Shown piece after piece: positions 1 through 44,504 of a stretch of DNA of 45,585 nt. Below the pieces are notes generated by a model. The model had not been told where the DNA came from. It saw nothing but the letters and a program-made list of their open reading frames with translations, and searched no databases. The position numbers and the translations under genes are program-made. Every line of letters begins with the position of its first letter. The first letter of the stretch is position 1. The DNA is from Salpingoeca rosetta (taxonomy: Eukaryota > Protista > Choanoflagellata), in contig JAWQFM010000006.1 of assembly GCA_033442325.1 (NCBI GenBank), positions 847,228 to 892,812 on the forward strand, read 5' to 3'.

Positions 1-139
1 AACTCATTTCTACGCATACGACGCACGCACCCGACGACATCACAGGAATCTTACGAGGAAATCCTTCCAAAGTTCACTGCGCCCGCCACCAAGTGATACC
101 GGGTATTTATGAATAAATCCCACAACCGAACTTGCGCAG

Positions 140-2360
<2,221 letters not shown>

Positions 2361-2517
2361 ACATGTGCACACAACACAACACACAGCACAACACAACTCA
2401 ACACAACTCAACACAACACAGCGTCCCACGTGCTGATTGTCACAAGCTGCGAGTAAACAAGAAAACACGCTGCCACCCACTCACTCCTTCTTCTTCCTCC
2501 AAAACAACAACAACGAT

Positions 2518-2951
2518 ATGATGAGGCTGTCTGGTGTTGTTCTGTTGATGGCAGTGGTTGCGTGCGCCTGTGCGAGTGCGCTCGCCAGCCCCTTCCAGCC
2601 ACGCATCGCGGACGTCAAGAACCTGGCTGTGTACAGCACATGGCAGAGGCCCGGCGTGGTGGGTGCTTGATGAGGGCTGTAAAGGTTGGAAGAGGGAGAG
2701 GGGTGCGGGGAGTGGGTGGGTTTGCCATCACACATTCACAACATCATTCATCAACAGCCAGCAGCAACCTGCGCTGGTGCACGTGTGTCGCATGAGTAAA
2801 CCTCTGCTCACGCTCGCCTGTCTGCCTGCTTGTCGCTGTTTGCATCCACCATCCAGGGCAACGCCACCCTTTACGCTGCTCACGCGCCCGGCTATGACGA
2901 GCCCATCTATGTCTTGAACATCACTGGCGTCGATCACCATGCGGTACCGTG

Positions 2952-3012
<61 letters not shown>

Positions 3013-3082
3013 AGTGTGTGTGTGTGTGTGCGTGTGTGTGTATGTATGTCTGTATGTCTCTCTCTCTCTAGCTCTCTCTCTC

Positions 3083-3119
<37 letters not shown>

Positions 3120-3445
3120 GCGTCACTGTGTATGCCCATGTTTGCTTCTCTCGCTGACCTTAAAGCGCATCTGCGCCCATGTGACAGATTGGCTATGGCT
3201 ATGGCATTCTCATGGCGAACCAGTCCATCGAGAACTTCGAGAACCTCATTAACGCCCTCCTTCCAGAGAAGGACTTGCAGGTGCAGTGTAGTGTGTATGG
3301 TTATGAATGCGATGGCTAGCTGCAGCACACTCGCTTCAGCACTCACGCCTTGGCACCTGCTCTTCGCCCACTGCATACAGCTTGTTCTGGAGGCCTACTG
3401 TGACTGGCAGTACGAGTACATCATCCACAACCTTCCACAGGTGTG

Positions 3446-3489
<44 letters not shown>

Positions 3490-4421
3490 TTGTGTGCGTG
3501 TGTCTTAGTGCCTGGCAATCCTTTCCTGCTTCCTCGCCTGGCATGCTTGCTTCCCATCGCCCAGTGCTCACACACGTTGATGGGTGGATGGTTGGTAGGA
3601 CTTCCAAGACGAGATCAAAGGCATCGAAGAAGGTCGGGCACAACAGCGCATGCTACTCCTGCTCACCCAGACAACCCTGCAACAGCAAACGCCCACAACC
3701 AACACACAGAGACGGACACGCCCTCACACTCACCTTATCCCACTCATTCACTCATTCACTCACCCACCGATTCACTCACGCACTCACTGGCATTCCCTCA
3801 CTCACTCACTCACTCACTCACTCACTCACTCACTCACTCACTCACTCACTCACTGGCATTCCCTCACATCACCCGTGGCATCTTGCATGATTGCAGGCAC
3901 GGCTGACATTGGCCTGCCCCACGCCGCCAAGTGCATCAAGCGCGCCCTCACCATCGCCTCCATTGCTGTTGGCGACCTGTCCCGCGATATCCTGTATCTG
4001 CTGAAGAACGAACTCTCCCGCCACCCTTCATCTTCGCTCGCCGCTGCCGCTGCCCGCCTGCAGCAGCGCGGCCTTGATATCGACGCCATCGCCGAAGCCA
4101 TCGCCACATCAAAGTGAGTTGGAATGTGTGTGTGAGTGTGTGTGTGTGTATGTGTGTGTGTGTGTGCCTGCGTGCGTGTGGAGGGGGCCTCTTCGTGTAC
4201 CACCAACATGGTATTGCGTGCCACGTCACTGATGCTTTCCCTCTCCCTCTCTCCCTCTCCACCACATCCGCTCTTCCCACCTCCACCAGGGTGCTGTCGC
4301 TTGGCCGCACGTGCTCGATGTTTGGCGCGTGGGGAACGCGAACAGAGAACGGTCGCCTGTTCTCTGGCCGCAACCTTGACTGGGCCGCAGACACAGGCAT
4401 TGCGAAGAACAAGCTCGTCAC

Positions 4422-4499
<78 letters not shown>

Positions 4500-5579
4500 T
4501 CCCTCTCTCTCCAAGCCTGCCTGTCCATCTGCCTTCATATATTGTTCTGTGTTTGCGCCTCACTTGCTTTCCAATGGGTTCCGGCGTGACACATTGCCGT
4601 GGTTCGTCCTTGCGCGTTCAACTCCCCGACCATCCACGACACACATGCGTTGCTGCCTTGTCCGCCACCTGCAGGTGTACCACATTGGCGAAAACACCGT
4701 CCCCTATGCGTCCGTGTCGTTCTCTGGCGTGATTGGCGCCATCACGGGCATCTCGGCTGCAGGCATCACTGTGCACGAGGCCGGTGACGATACGCGCAAC
4801 GTCACCCTCAACGGCTTTGCCTGGTCCCTTCGCCTCCGCGCTCTCATGGAGGAGGCAAAGTGAGCCTTCACCTGTGTGTGTGTGTGTGTGTGTCTGTCTG
4901 CATGTGTGTCTGTCTGTCTGCCTGTGTGTGTGTGTCTGTGTCTGTGTGTGTGTCTGTGTGGCGTTTGCTGCTCTAGTTGACGGCACCCCCAACCTCTGTT
5001 TGTCTATAATTGCCGCTCCCTTCCACGTCATGTTCGTCGTTGATTCTTAGGAACATGGATGACGCGCTCTCGTTCTGGAAGCGCACGCGCAACACGATGG
5101 GCATGAACCACGGCGTTGGCAGCGCTGCTGACAACAAGTTCCTCGCCATGGAGACAGAGGTGCGGTGGCTCGTGTTGCTGGTCGTTGGCTTGTGCATGCA
5201 CCATCCGTGCTCACAACTATGTTGCACCTGTTGTTGACTGACGCACCAAACGCACACATGTGCACATGCACACACTAACTCACACATGCGTATGCACACA
5301 CACACACGCCACATGCGAGTAGGAAGACTATACTGCCTATTTCTTCGACAACGACCCGCGAGAGGCAAACTTTGTCGTTGACGGCAAGCACTATGGGTTC
5401 CCACTCAAGGACGCGGTGTGGCGCACCAACCACGGTTACGATCCCACCTTCCGCGCTGATGGCTTCAGCTCACATCCGGGAACAGACTCGTTCAACCGCT
5501 ACCTCCTCCTTCACGACACGTTCCTCGGGTAAACACTGCTTGTTGTGTGTGGGTTTGTGTGTGTGGGTTTGTGTCTGTA

Positions 5580-5626
<47 letters not shown>

Positions 5627-6428
5627 GTCTGTGTGTGTCTGTGTGTGTGTGTGTGTCTGTCTGCCTGTCTGTCTGTGTATCTGTCTCTTCTTTCCTTCGC
5701 AATCCACACGTGTTTGTTCTTCGTGACAAACCTGACCACACCCACACCACTTGCCACCACCCCTCCAACCCCTGTGTGCCTGCCCGCCAATGCTGACTCC
5801 CTTTGTTCCGTTTCAGCTACGAGACGGCGTCTGTGGCGATCTCCGATGTGCAGGCCGTCAACCTGACAGCCGTTGTTGGTGATAAGGGCGGCAGCTCCCG
5901 CGACAGCTTCCTTTCCTGCCAGAACGCAGCACAGGGCAGCAACATCATCTCAGCCACCTTCAAGCCAAGCACGACAGGTGCGCCTGTGTGTGATCTGTCT
6001 GCCAGCATGTGTGTGTGTGTGGTCTGTCTGCCAGCATGTCTGTGTGTGTGTGTGTGTGTGTCTGTGTCTGTCTGTGTCTGTCTGTGTCTGTGTCTGTGTG
6101 TGATCTGTCTGTCTGCCATCCTGTCTGTCTATCTGTGTGTGTGTGTGTGTGTGTGTGGTCTGTCTGACAGCCTGTCTGTCTATCTGTGTGTGTGTGTGGT
6201 CTGTCTGACAACCTGTCTGCCTCACACTGTGTCGTTTCCCACCTCCCCCAACTGCACCTGCACGCACGTCTTTCTCACTTTCTGCCACGTGCGAACACTC
6301 CGCGTATGTGATGCGCAGGCCACGCCACCATGTACCTGGCGTTTGAGAACGGCCATAAGGATCAGCATGTGCCTGCTTGCTGCAACAACTACATCAAGTT
6401 TGACATGAACCAGTTCTTTGGCGTGTAA
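2518..6428 (+). CDS. Secreted/lysosomal Ntn-hydrolase, acid ceramidase-like (Dictyostelium Dcd1A-like / peptidase C45-AAT family), about 12 exons
   Basis: Signal peptide [23 protein letters not shown] from ATG 2518. Spliced exons give [36 protein letters not shown], and the Ntn nucleophile motif [24 protein letters not shown] (Cys codon 4312-4314). Later exons give [26 protein letters not shown] and [10 protein letters not shown]. Ends [12 protein letters not shown] 6426-6428. Confidence 0.8.
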
Positions 6429-7283
6429 CGTTGCAACACATGAACCTCTCCACGTTCCATCCAGGCCATGCGCACCCGTTGGCCCGCTTTGGTGTTGCCC
6501 AGCTTGTCTCTGATTTTGCACCATCCAACCAACAAGCACACCCTTGTTGTGTGCTCTGTCATGCTGAATGCTGTTGTTCTCGTGCTGCTTGCTCTTGTTC
6601 TGCGTCTCGTTGTTGTTCTTGCTCTTGTCTTTGTTCTCGTGCTTCTTGTTGTTCCTTGTCTGCTTCCACCGTCAGGTTTCAACCCAGCACAACACAACGC
6701 GTGCAGATCGTTTCGTCATTGCACCCCTGCATTGTTTCGCTTGCTGTCGTCACCCACCAGCAATACACACAATCCTCCTCCTCCTCCTCCTCCTCTTCCT
6801 CCTCCTCCTCCTCCTCCTCCTATTGCTGAAGCGAAGGAAGGATTCCCGTCGACTCTGGCCTTGCCTGCAAGCAAGCAAGTGCAGCAGCCATGATGACCTT
6901 CCTTTGTTTAATTCGTTCAAAACGATGATGTAACAAGCATGCAAGCACGCACACGCGCGCTGATAACGGCTGCTGGGCGGATGAAACTGGTGAAGATGGT
7001 GGAGGGTGAATTGAACAAAATCATCGTGTAACAAGGATCTAGTGTCTCTGGAAACAAAAACGAGCGAGAGACTCTAACGACACAACAGCCGTATGAGAGC
7101 AACAAACCCCCCCCCCCACCACAGCTCTGACACGCCAGTCAAACACAGAAACACATACACACAAACATACACACATACACACATACACACAAAAACAAAC
7201 ACACAAACACCCACATACAAACACAAACACTCATACACACGCACACACACACAAACACTCCCCTCACTCTACGTTGCGCGTTA

Positions 7284-12901
<5,618 letters not shown>

Positions 12902-13626
12902 CGCATTGGCGCACAAACGCGTTGCCTGCAGGCACACCAAAAAAAAAAAAAAAAAGGAAGCGCAGGACGCGGAAGGGAGAAGGTGGGTGGGAGTAGCAGA
13001 TGTGAGGGGTGTGAGGGTGCGATGTCAATGAAATGACCTCTCAAAGTGAAAGATGAACAGCAGCTATGTTAATAGGTTAATTGCAGTGAAGACCCCACTC
13101 ACTCACTCACTACCGCCACCATGGCAGGCATACATTCAGGCAGGCACAAGTTGTTGTCGGCGGCTCACCCACTCCAAAAGGGAATCCTTGTGTTGCGTTG
13201 AGGAGCAAAGGACAGCTGTGACGAAAAGTGGCCAAAGTTTTGTGCACATTTCATCAGGCACGACTTGACAGACGATAACACAGAATGTGTGTGTGCGCGT
13301 GTGCGTGTATGGACACAGATTCAAGTGGTTTGCTTTGCTGGTGCTTTGAACGTAACGTAACGTCATGTAATGTAACATAACTTCTTCATTCATTTATGTG
13401 TTTGTACCACAGGGACGGACACGGGAAGAAGAGAGGATGGAAGGACAAAATGGAAGGACAAAATACAGAAGAGAGATCAAGGGAGTTTGTTGCCTACGAG
13501 CACAAAGAGAGTACAAAAGAGTACATGAGAGCACATGACGAGGAACGAACGTGGCTTAAGCCACGGCAAAACCAAATTTCACGGGTTTTGTTTTGTGGGA
13601 TGCGCCTGAACAGGCAGCGCTGTGGC

Positions 13627-14606
13627 TTAGAGCTGCAGGTCGCCAAAGAGGGCTTGCATGTGCTGGAGCTCTTCCCTGTGCGCGTCCTTGTCCTCTTGTG
13701 GCAGCGCCATAATGGTGCGCCGCCTGCTGTCCACCATCTGCGGGAACGCCGGTTCAGCGGCCTCTATTCTCGACACAAGCGCGTTGTTGGAATCGTACAG
13801 CTTGCCTGCAAGCACCACAAAGAAGGAACGGCGAGCGTGAGCGTGGACGTGAGCGTGGACGTGGATGTGGATGTGGATGTGGATGTGGATGTGGATGTGG
13901 ATGTGGATGTGGATGTGGATGTGGATGTGGATGTGGATGTGGATGTGGAGGCGAGGGAGAGAGGGTACAAGTGAGCGAGGGAGTGAGGCAGGAAGTGAGG
14001 CAGGACTCACCCGAACAATTCACGCACACGACATGTGTCCCCTCACAAATCAGAGCCAAACGAAGGACACACACAGACACACACAGACACATAGACAGAC
14101 ACACACACACACACAGACACACACACACACACACGATCAAAAACGGGTGACTTACTCAGCAAGTGCATGTCATGTTCCCACAGCTGGTCATCGGCGTCTG
14201 CCGTGAGCGCGTTTGCAATGAGCGCGAGGGACGCTGGCTCAAACAAAGTCGCTGAGGAACAAACAAGAAGGGCGAGGGGAAGGCAGAAACGCATGCATGA
14301 CACACAGGTGAGGCTCACATTGAAATAAGACGCATGGCAAAGCGGCAAAGGAATCAATCATCATCACACATACACAACAGCAGACAAGGATGTCCAGAAT
14401 TCCCGCGCGCCACATACCTGCAACAGATGGCTGCTCTCTCACAAGGTGTCGCAGGAACACAACCGTCTTGATCTGTCACACACAGTGAGTGGAAGCGATG
14501 AAGGAATGCGGCTTAACGTGTGAGCAGTGGGCAGTACGTCAGCGAAGAAGGTGTATGCACACAAAATAATCACAGAACGCACGAAACACACACACACACA
14601 CAACAG

Positions 14607-14638
<32 letters not shown>

Positions 14639-14644
14639 CAGCAA

Positions 14645-14695
<51 letters not shown>

Positions 14696-15506
14696 AGACA
14701 CACACACACATACATACAATTGCACGCAAAAAACATGCACACACAAACACATACACACGCACAGCCCTGCGTACCTGTAGTCTGGATGAAGTGGGGTGCC
14801 GGAGGCAGTGGAGGGTGTGTTGAATGGCGTTGGGTTGCTGCAGGAAGGTGTGCATGAGAGTGTCGGATCCGCGCACCATGGCGCTGAGGGCGCTGAGGGC
14901 CTTCAGCCGCACCGTGTTGTGGTCAGAGGCGGACAGCAGCGTCAGCACACGCGGCAGCAGGTCCGCCTCGGCCAGCGCGGCCTGTGCCTTGGGGTTGTTC
15001 TGGGCCAGGTGCGCCAGGATCTCCGCGGCGCGCCACTGGAACTCTGGCGATGGGTTCTGAAGGCTGCCCTGGATGGTGGCGAGTCCGTTGATGGCCAGGA
15101 AATCGTGCGCAATGTTGATGTCCTCCACCTCATCGGAGATGGTCTCTAGGGCCTCGTGCTTGTCTTCCTCGCTTGCATCGGATCCGGAGAGGAGCGTGCT
15201 CAGGGCGTCCTTCACAGCCGACATGTGGTCGCGGCCCGTGAGGTTGCCCAGGAACTTCTCCAGAAACACGCGCCGGTCCTCGTCCAGGTTCTGTGCCGTG
15301 GAGGTGGCCGCCTCCTCAGACTGCGGCACAACGCGGTCGCCGCTGCCGGCTGTCTCCTCGATCACCCAGCTCAGCACCCCTTGCAGGGACGTGTCATGGC
15401 GGTGGTTGTGCTGCACTGGCTGTCGTTCTCCAGCGGGCTGTTGCGGCTGCGGCTGCGGCTGCGGCTGCGGCTGCTCTTCATCTTTTTGCACAGGCACCAA
15501 GCTCAT
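13627..15506 (-). CDS. HSPBP1: Hsp70 nucleotide exchange factor HspBP1/Fes1-like (ARM repeats)
   Basis: Four exons (15506-14775, about 14472-14418, about 14250-14156, about 13805-13627) join in phase. Motifs SLQGVLSWVIE, EDKHEALETISDEVEDINIAHDFLAINGL, QWRAAEILAHLAQNNPKAQ, VRLKALSALSAMVRG, RLQIKTVVFLRHL. No signal peptide, so not SIL1. Confidence 0.88.
13843..13948. repeat. (GTGGAT)n hexanucleotide microsatellite in the last HspBP1 intron
   Basis: About 14 perfect GTGGAT units preceded by degenerate GTGGAC/GTGAGC units. Confidence 0.95.
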
Positions 15507-16024
15507 TGTTGTTTGTGTGTGTGTGTGTGTGTGTCTGTGTGTGTGTGTGTGTCTGTGTGTGTGTGTGTGTGTGTGTCTGTGTACTTGTGTTGTGTTTGAT
15601 TGATGGTCAAGTGGAGCTGGCTGCTGCGGCTGTTAAATGAACAGGTGCACCAACCAACCAAGCAAGCAGGTAGTGAGTGGTGAGGTGGTGTGTGTGATGA
15701 AGGGTGGTGGTGTTTGCTTTGTCAGCAGATGCAGTGCAGAAGAAGAAGACACGAGTGCACGCTCGAAGCCACAAGAACGTGCGCGAAGCCACAAGAAGAA
15801 GGGAAAAAAAAAAAGGCAATGTTCAAAACAAGAAAACGTGAAATTGTGACGAAAATCACATGAAAAAATACAACAAAAATCTCATGACTGTGAGTGTGCG
15901 CTGAAGAACGCGCGCAAAGCACAACAACAAAAACGGCCAACCAACCAACAAGCCTTGACGGACACAACCTCGGCGTGTGTGTGTTGGACACGGAATAACA
16001 GTAGAAGGGGAAGTGGACGCGGGC
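15507..16024. promoter_or_regulatory. Putative divergent (bidirectional) promoter region between HspBP1 and USP48
   Basis: Head-to-head ATGs at 15506 (-) and 16025 (+), about 520 bp apart, with an A-rich core at about 15790-15880. Inferred from position only. Confidence 0.5.
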
Positions 16025-28399
<12,375 letters not shown>

Positions 28400-29146
28400 C
28401 CATGTGGCACATGGTGCTATGCGTGTGCGTTGTGTGTGTGTGTGGGTAGGTGTGGGTGTGGATGTGTGTGGGTGCAATGTGTGTGTGTTGGTGTGGGTGG
28501 CGTGGGTGGGCTTGTGCGCTTGACGGTTTTATGTGCACATGTGACGATCTCGTATGCCCACCGCCCTCCCCCCCTTGGGGGTTGGCCATCGCGTCACTTG
28601 CTTGGCTTGCACTTGGTTGCTGTCTGTGGTGGTTCCTGTGTTTAGGTACACACGAGCGAGTGTTTGGAAGGATAATAAAGCAACTTTTAACTGGACACGT
28701 ACAGCTGTGCCGTGATTTCTCAGACTGTTCATTGCATTCTGGCCGTCTCAGGCGCGCACTTCAACCACGACAACACGCACGCATACGGCCGTTGAGACTC
28801 AAGAGTCTGTTGTTGTTTATTGTGTGAGAAGATGATGTGAGACGAAGGCGGACGCCACATGCACGGCCCACCAACACACCGCTCCTAGAGCAATAATTGA
28901 AAGCATTTGTTGGTTGAATATTATGGTACATCGAACCATGCTGGTGAATAGAAGAACCCATTTGTAGCTAGTCAGGGAACCCCAAGCCCTACACCCTCAA
29001 AGCTTGCTCGGTATGTACAGAGGAGTGAAGCACACACAGAGGCATAAATCCCCCATTGAAGGCTGACGGCAGGCAACATTGAGCTTCATCACCGACAATT
29101 CCATATTCAATGGGAGCCCTCTGAGCCTTCGAAGTGCAGTTGCCCT

Positions 29147-40829
<11,683 letters not shown>

Positions 40830-41660
40830 CTTCCGTGGTGGCCGAGGTGCAGTGCCGCTGACTGGGCTGTGTGGGCTGGTGGCCTTCCTCCGAGCTGAGT
40901 GATGGTGTTGCTGCCGATGCTGCTGCTGCTGTCGTGGCCGCGATGGCGTATGCGCGTGCATGTGTGGGATGATCAGAGATTTGTGCGTGTGTGTGAGTGT
41001 GTATGTTGATGTTAGAGCTGGTGACAACCACGGGTTGGTTGGAAAGCAAGACGGCGTGATGTGGTGCTTGTGTGTGGTGCTTGTGTGTTTGTGTGATGTG
41101 ATGTGGTGCTTGTGTCTTTGTGTGTTGTGTGCTGTGCAACGGTTGGGCCACGCAGATGTGGATTGTGGACGCTGCTGGATATTGTGTAAACATGTAGTGG
41201 ATGATGATGATGATGGCTGGAGTGCAGGTGGGTTGGGTGGTTGGGGTGGATGATGGTGATGGTGTGCGTGTGTTTTGTGTGCTTGTGTGTGATTGTTTGC
41301 AAGATGATGATGCGATTTCGGTGACGAATGGTGGCGTTCCAAAGTCACGAAGTGAATGTAAAGAGCACGACTTACAGTGGTGGTGTGTGGTGTGTCGTCG
41401 TGTTGCAGTGATTGTTGCCGTTGCTGCTGCTGCTGCTGCTGCCGTTGTTGTTGAAGTTGTAGCTGTTGTTGTCCTCGTGGTTGTTGCGAGAGTGACAGCG
41501 GCGGAGTGGTGGGAGAGGTGGTGGCTGTAGTCCGTGCTGCCGCCTCCAGTGAGGACGCATGCCCCACCTGCATGGAGAGGAGCCGTCCCTACAGCTAGAC
41601 AGCTGTACACCTCGACAGCACACCACTACCAAAGTGCACACTTACAGCAACGGCACGTGT

Positions 41661-41756
<96 letters not shown>

Positions 41757-41899
41757 ACGTGTGTGGTTTTCCGTGGCTTGAGTGGCTTGCCTGTTGGCCA
41801 GCCTATCCCCAACTGCTCGCTCTCTTCCGGCCGTCTTATTGCTCCGCCCTTATCGACTACACCTGGCACCGCCTGGCACCGCGCAACGGTATGACGCAA

Positions 41900-41917
41900 G
41901 CCTCTGACGTCAGAGGC
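41900..41917. promoter_or_regulatory. 18-bp perfect palindrome centred on a cAMP-response element (TGACGTCA)
   Basis: GCCTCTGACGTCAGAGGC is its own reverse complement, with the CRE at 41905-41912. Flanked by ATGACGCAA (41891-41899) and GTCACGTG/ACGTCAT (41981-41997). Lies upstream of the cyclase gene. Function is not shown. Confidence 0.5.
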
Positions 41918-41996
41918 CGTCTCCAGTCCATGAGGGTGCACATGTGACAACAACGTGGGAATCGTGTTTGCTGAGTGTTTGTCACGTGTCACGTCA

Positions 41997-42061
<65 letters not shown>

Positions 42062-42065
42062 ACAC

Positions 42066-42393
42066 NNNNNNNNNNNNNNNNNNNNNNNNNNNNNNNNNNN
42101 NNNNNNNNNNNNNNNNNNNNNNNNNNNNNNNNNNNNNNNNNNNNNNNNNNNNNNNNNNNNNNNNNNNNNNNNNNNNNNNNNNNNNNNNNNNNNNNNNNNN
42201 NNNNNNNNNNNNNNNNNNNNNNNNNNNNNNNNNNNNNNNNNNNNNNNNNNNNNNNNNNNNNNNNNNNNNNNNNNNNNNNNNNNNNNNNNNNNNNNNNNNN
42301 NNNNNNNNNNNNNNNNNNNNNNNNNNNNNNNNNNNNNNNNNNNNNNNNNNNNNNNNNNNNNNNNNNNNNNNNNNNNNNNNNNNNNNNNNNNNN
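42066..42393. other. Assembly gap (N run) flanked by (CA)n
   Basis: Run of n between two CA tracts. Confidence 0.99.
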
Positions 42394-42395
42394 CA

Positions 42396-42460
<65 letters not shown>

Positions 42461-42938
42461 CCCCACCTCTGCACACACACACTTGATTCCCATGCGCACT
42501 TTGTGTAGGCTGTGTGATTCGGTTGGATCTTGGGCATGCAATGCAAGAATGCGGTAAGAGAGACAACAACCAATCAAACCCAGACGACAGCAACACAACC
42601 ACGCAGCAACAACAACGCACCGCGGAGGAGGAGGGCACACAAAACGTGCATACGCACACAAACACACACAAACGAAGGATAAACGCAGCACATCACACGA
42701 CATCGAGACTTGGAAGAAACAACACCGCGCGTGGGTAAATGAAACAGGCAAAGAAGCAAAACGAGAACGTCAGCAACACGAAACAAGGGGGGGGGGGTGC
42801 TGACATCCTCGCGCATGTGCATATGCAGGCAAGGGTCAGAGATGGTGGGAAGAAGAGAAGGGTAGGCCGTAACACGAACCGCGGGCTGCAGACACGCGGA
42901 CGTGTCACGTGAACACTGAAATGGACGTGGGCTCCGCC

Positions 42939-43701
42939 TTATTTGCTGAGGAAGGACTTGCCATCGAAGACAACAGCATCATCCTCAGGGACTGCCATGA
43001 TTTGTGGTGCCGGAGGTGTGGGTGGGCCAAGCGTGAGCGTACAGGTGCATATGAGAGAAAGAGAGAGAACAGAGAGAGACAGAGAGAGAGTGTGTGTGTG
43101 TGTGTGCGTGTGTGAGCGAGAGAGAGACACACACACACACACAGAAGGTGAAATGTGCGTGCATGTGTGTGCTTTGCGTGCATCCACATGCATGAGACAC
43201 ACGCGTGAGAGCGACAACGGGCTGAAGCTTACAGGGGTGTGGGTGGCGCAGGAGAACGGTCTCCTTGGTGGTCTCGCCCTGCAGCCTGTTGAGATGAATG
43301 GCTGGGGGTGAGAAACATCGGATGACAGACGTTGTCTCGTGCAACGCTTGCCCTGCTTGCAGAACGATGTAGCAACTGCGAAAAACTCGGGACAAGAGGA
43401 TACACTCGACGGCACGTGGTTGTGCAAAGGCAAAACGCCAAACAGGCAACATCAACCACGCCCGAAAAAAAAAAAAGCATGATAACACGAAAAGGTTCGC
43501 GCCAACTCACTTGCTCTTGATCTTCTCGCCCTGCTTCTCTGCAATCAGATCTGCAATTGTCTCGCAGGGGGCATCAGCTTTGCTGTCGGTGGCCAACAAG
43601 CGCACGTATGAAATGTGAGGAAATGCAGAGAGAAAACAAACACGCAAGCCGCGGCCAAACAACATGCAACGCAAGCGAAGCGATATGCCCAAGTGGTATA
43701 A

Positions 43702-43743
<42 letters not shown>

Positions 43744-44462
43744 TGTGTGTGCTCTGTCTCTGTGAATGTGTTTCGCACTTGATGCAGAAGCCGCCCTCGA
43801 CGCTGAGGACGCGAATGTGTCGGACCTGTCCATCTTGCCTGTTGACCAAACAGTGCCATGCGGGATTGCACGGGCATGGGTGTGTGCGTGCGTAGGCATG
43901 TGAGTGTGCGTATTTGCGTACACGTGGGTGTCGTGTATGAGGGAGTGGCATGTACAAGTGTACAAGTGTACAAGTGTAGCTGAAGCGAGCGCGCTATGGA
44001 GACAGAAAGGAACGCGAACCCATGTGGTGTGCTGAAAACCAAAACCGCCGACTTACACAACAGAGATGGAGTACGCATCGTCCTGGGACTGGCTCATGCG
44101 CACGAGGAAGGTGCCCTCCTATGAACACATTAACACACAACGCATGTGGCACGTGTTTTGTTAGCACAACGCAGCACACCAAGGGAGCAAGAGGTTGGTA
44201 CATTCCCACAGCATTCCCACTATGACCGACGAGAACGTGCAGCAAGACAGAATACGTATGCATTTTGGAATAAGCACGTATCAGAACAAGTATACGCACA
44301 CACACACCAAAGGAAAACAAGGCAGTTTGGCAACAGGCCCGCCCAACACCGCGTGTCACAATGAAAGCACCCACCGGCTTGCCAGAGAGCTCCTTGACGG
44401 CCTCATCGCGGCTGATACGGCCCCAGTTCCAGCTGAATCACCGCCGGGGGGGAAGGAGAAGG

Positions 44463-44504
<42 letters not shown>

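Noticed and set aside
46-139. Additional PDI exon (ESYEEILPKFTAPATK)
   Set aside because: No clear phase-compatible donor and no recognisable PDI motif; left unannotated.
13843-13948. Regular repeats as a CRISPR array or telomeric seed
   Set aside because: Simple hexamer tandem with no spacers, intronic, and not TTAGGG. The same applies to 45066-45126.
40830-41573. N-terminal ~250 aa (poly-Q, His/Thr-rich) of the 640-aa ORF as part of the cyclase
   Set aside because: CA-rich low-complexity sequence that begins at a donor-like CAG|GTGGGG and resembles local introns/UTR. It cannot be excluded, but is unsupported.
41642-42751. Long ORFs spanning the N gap (and likewise 1358-2480)
   Set aside because: Open only because of Ns and flanking repeats.
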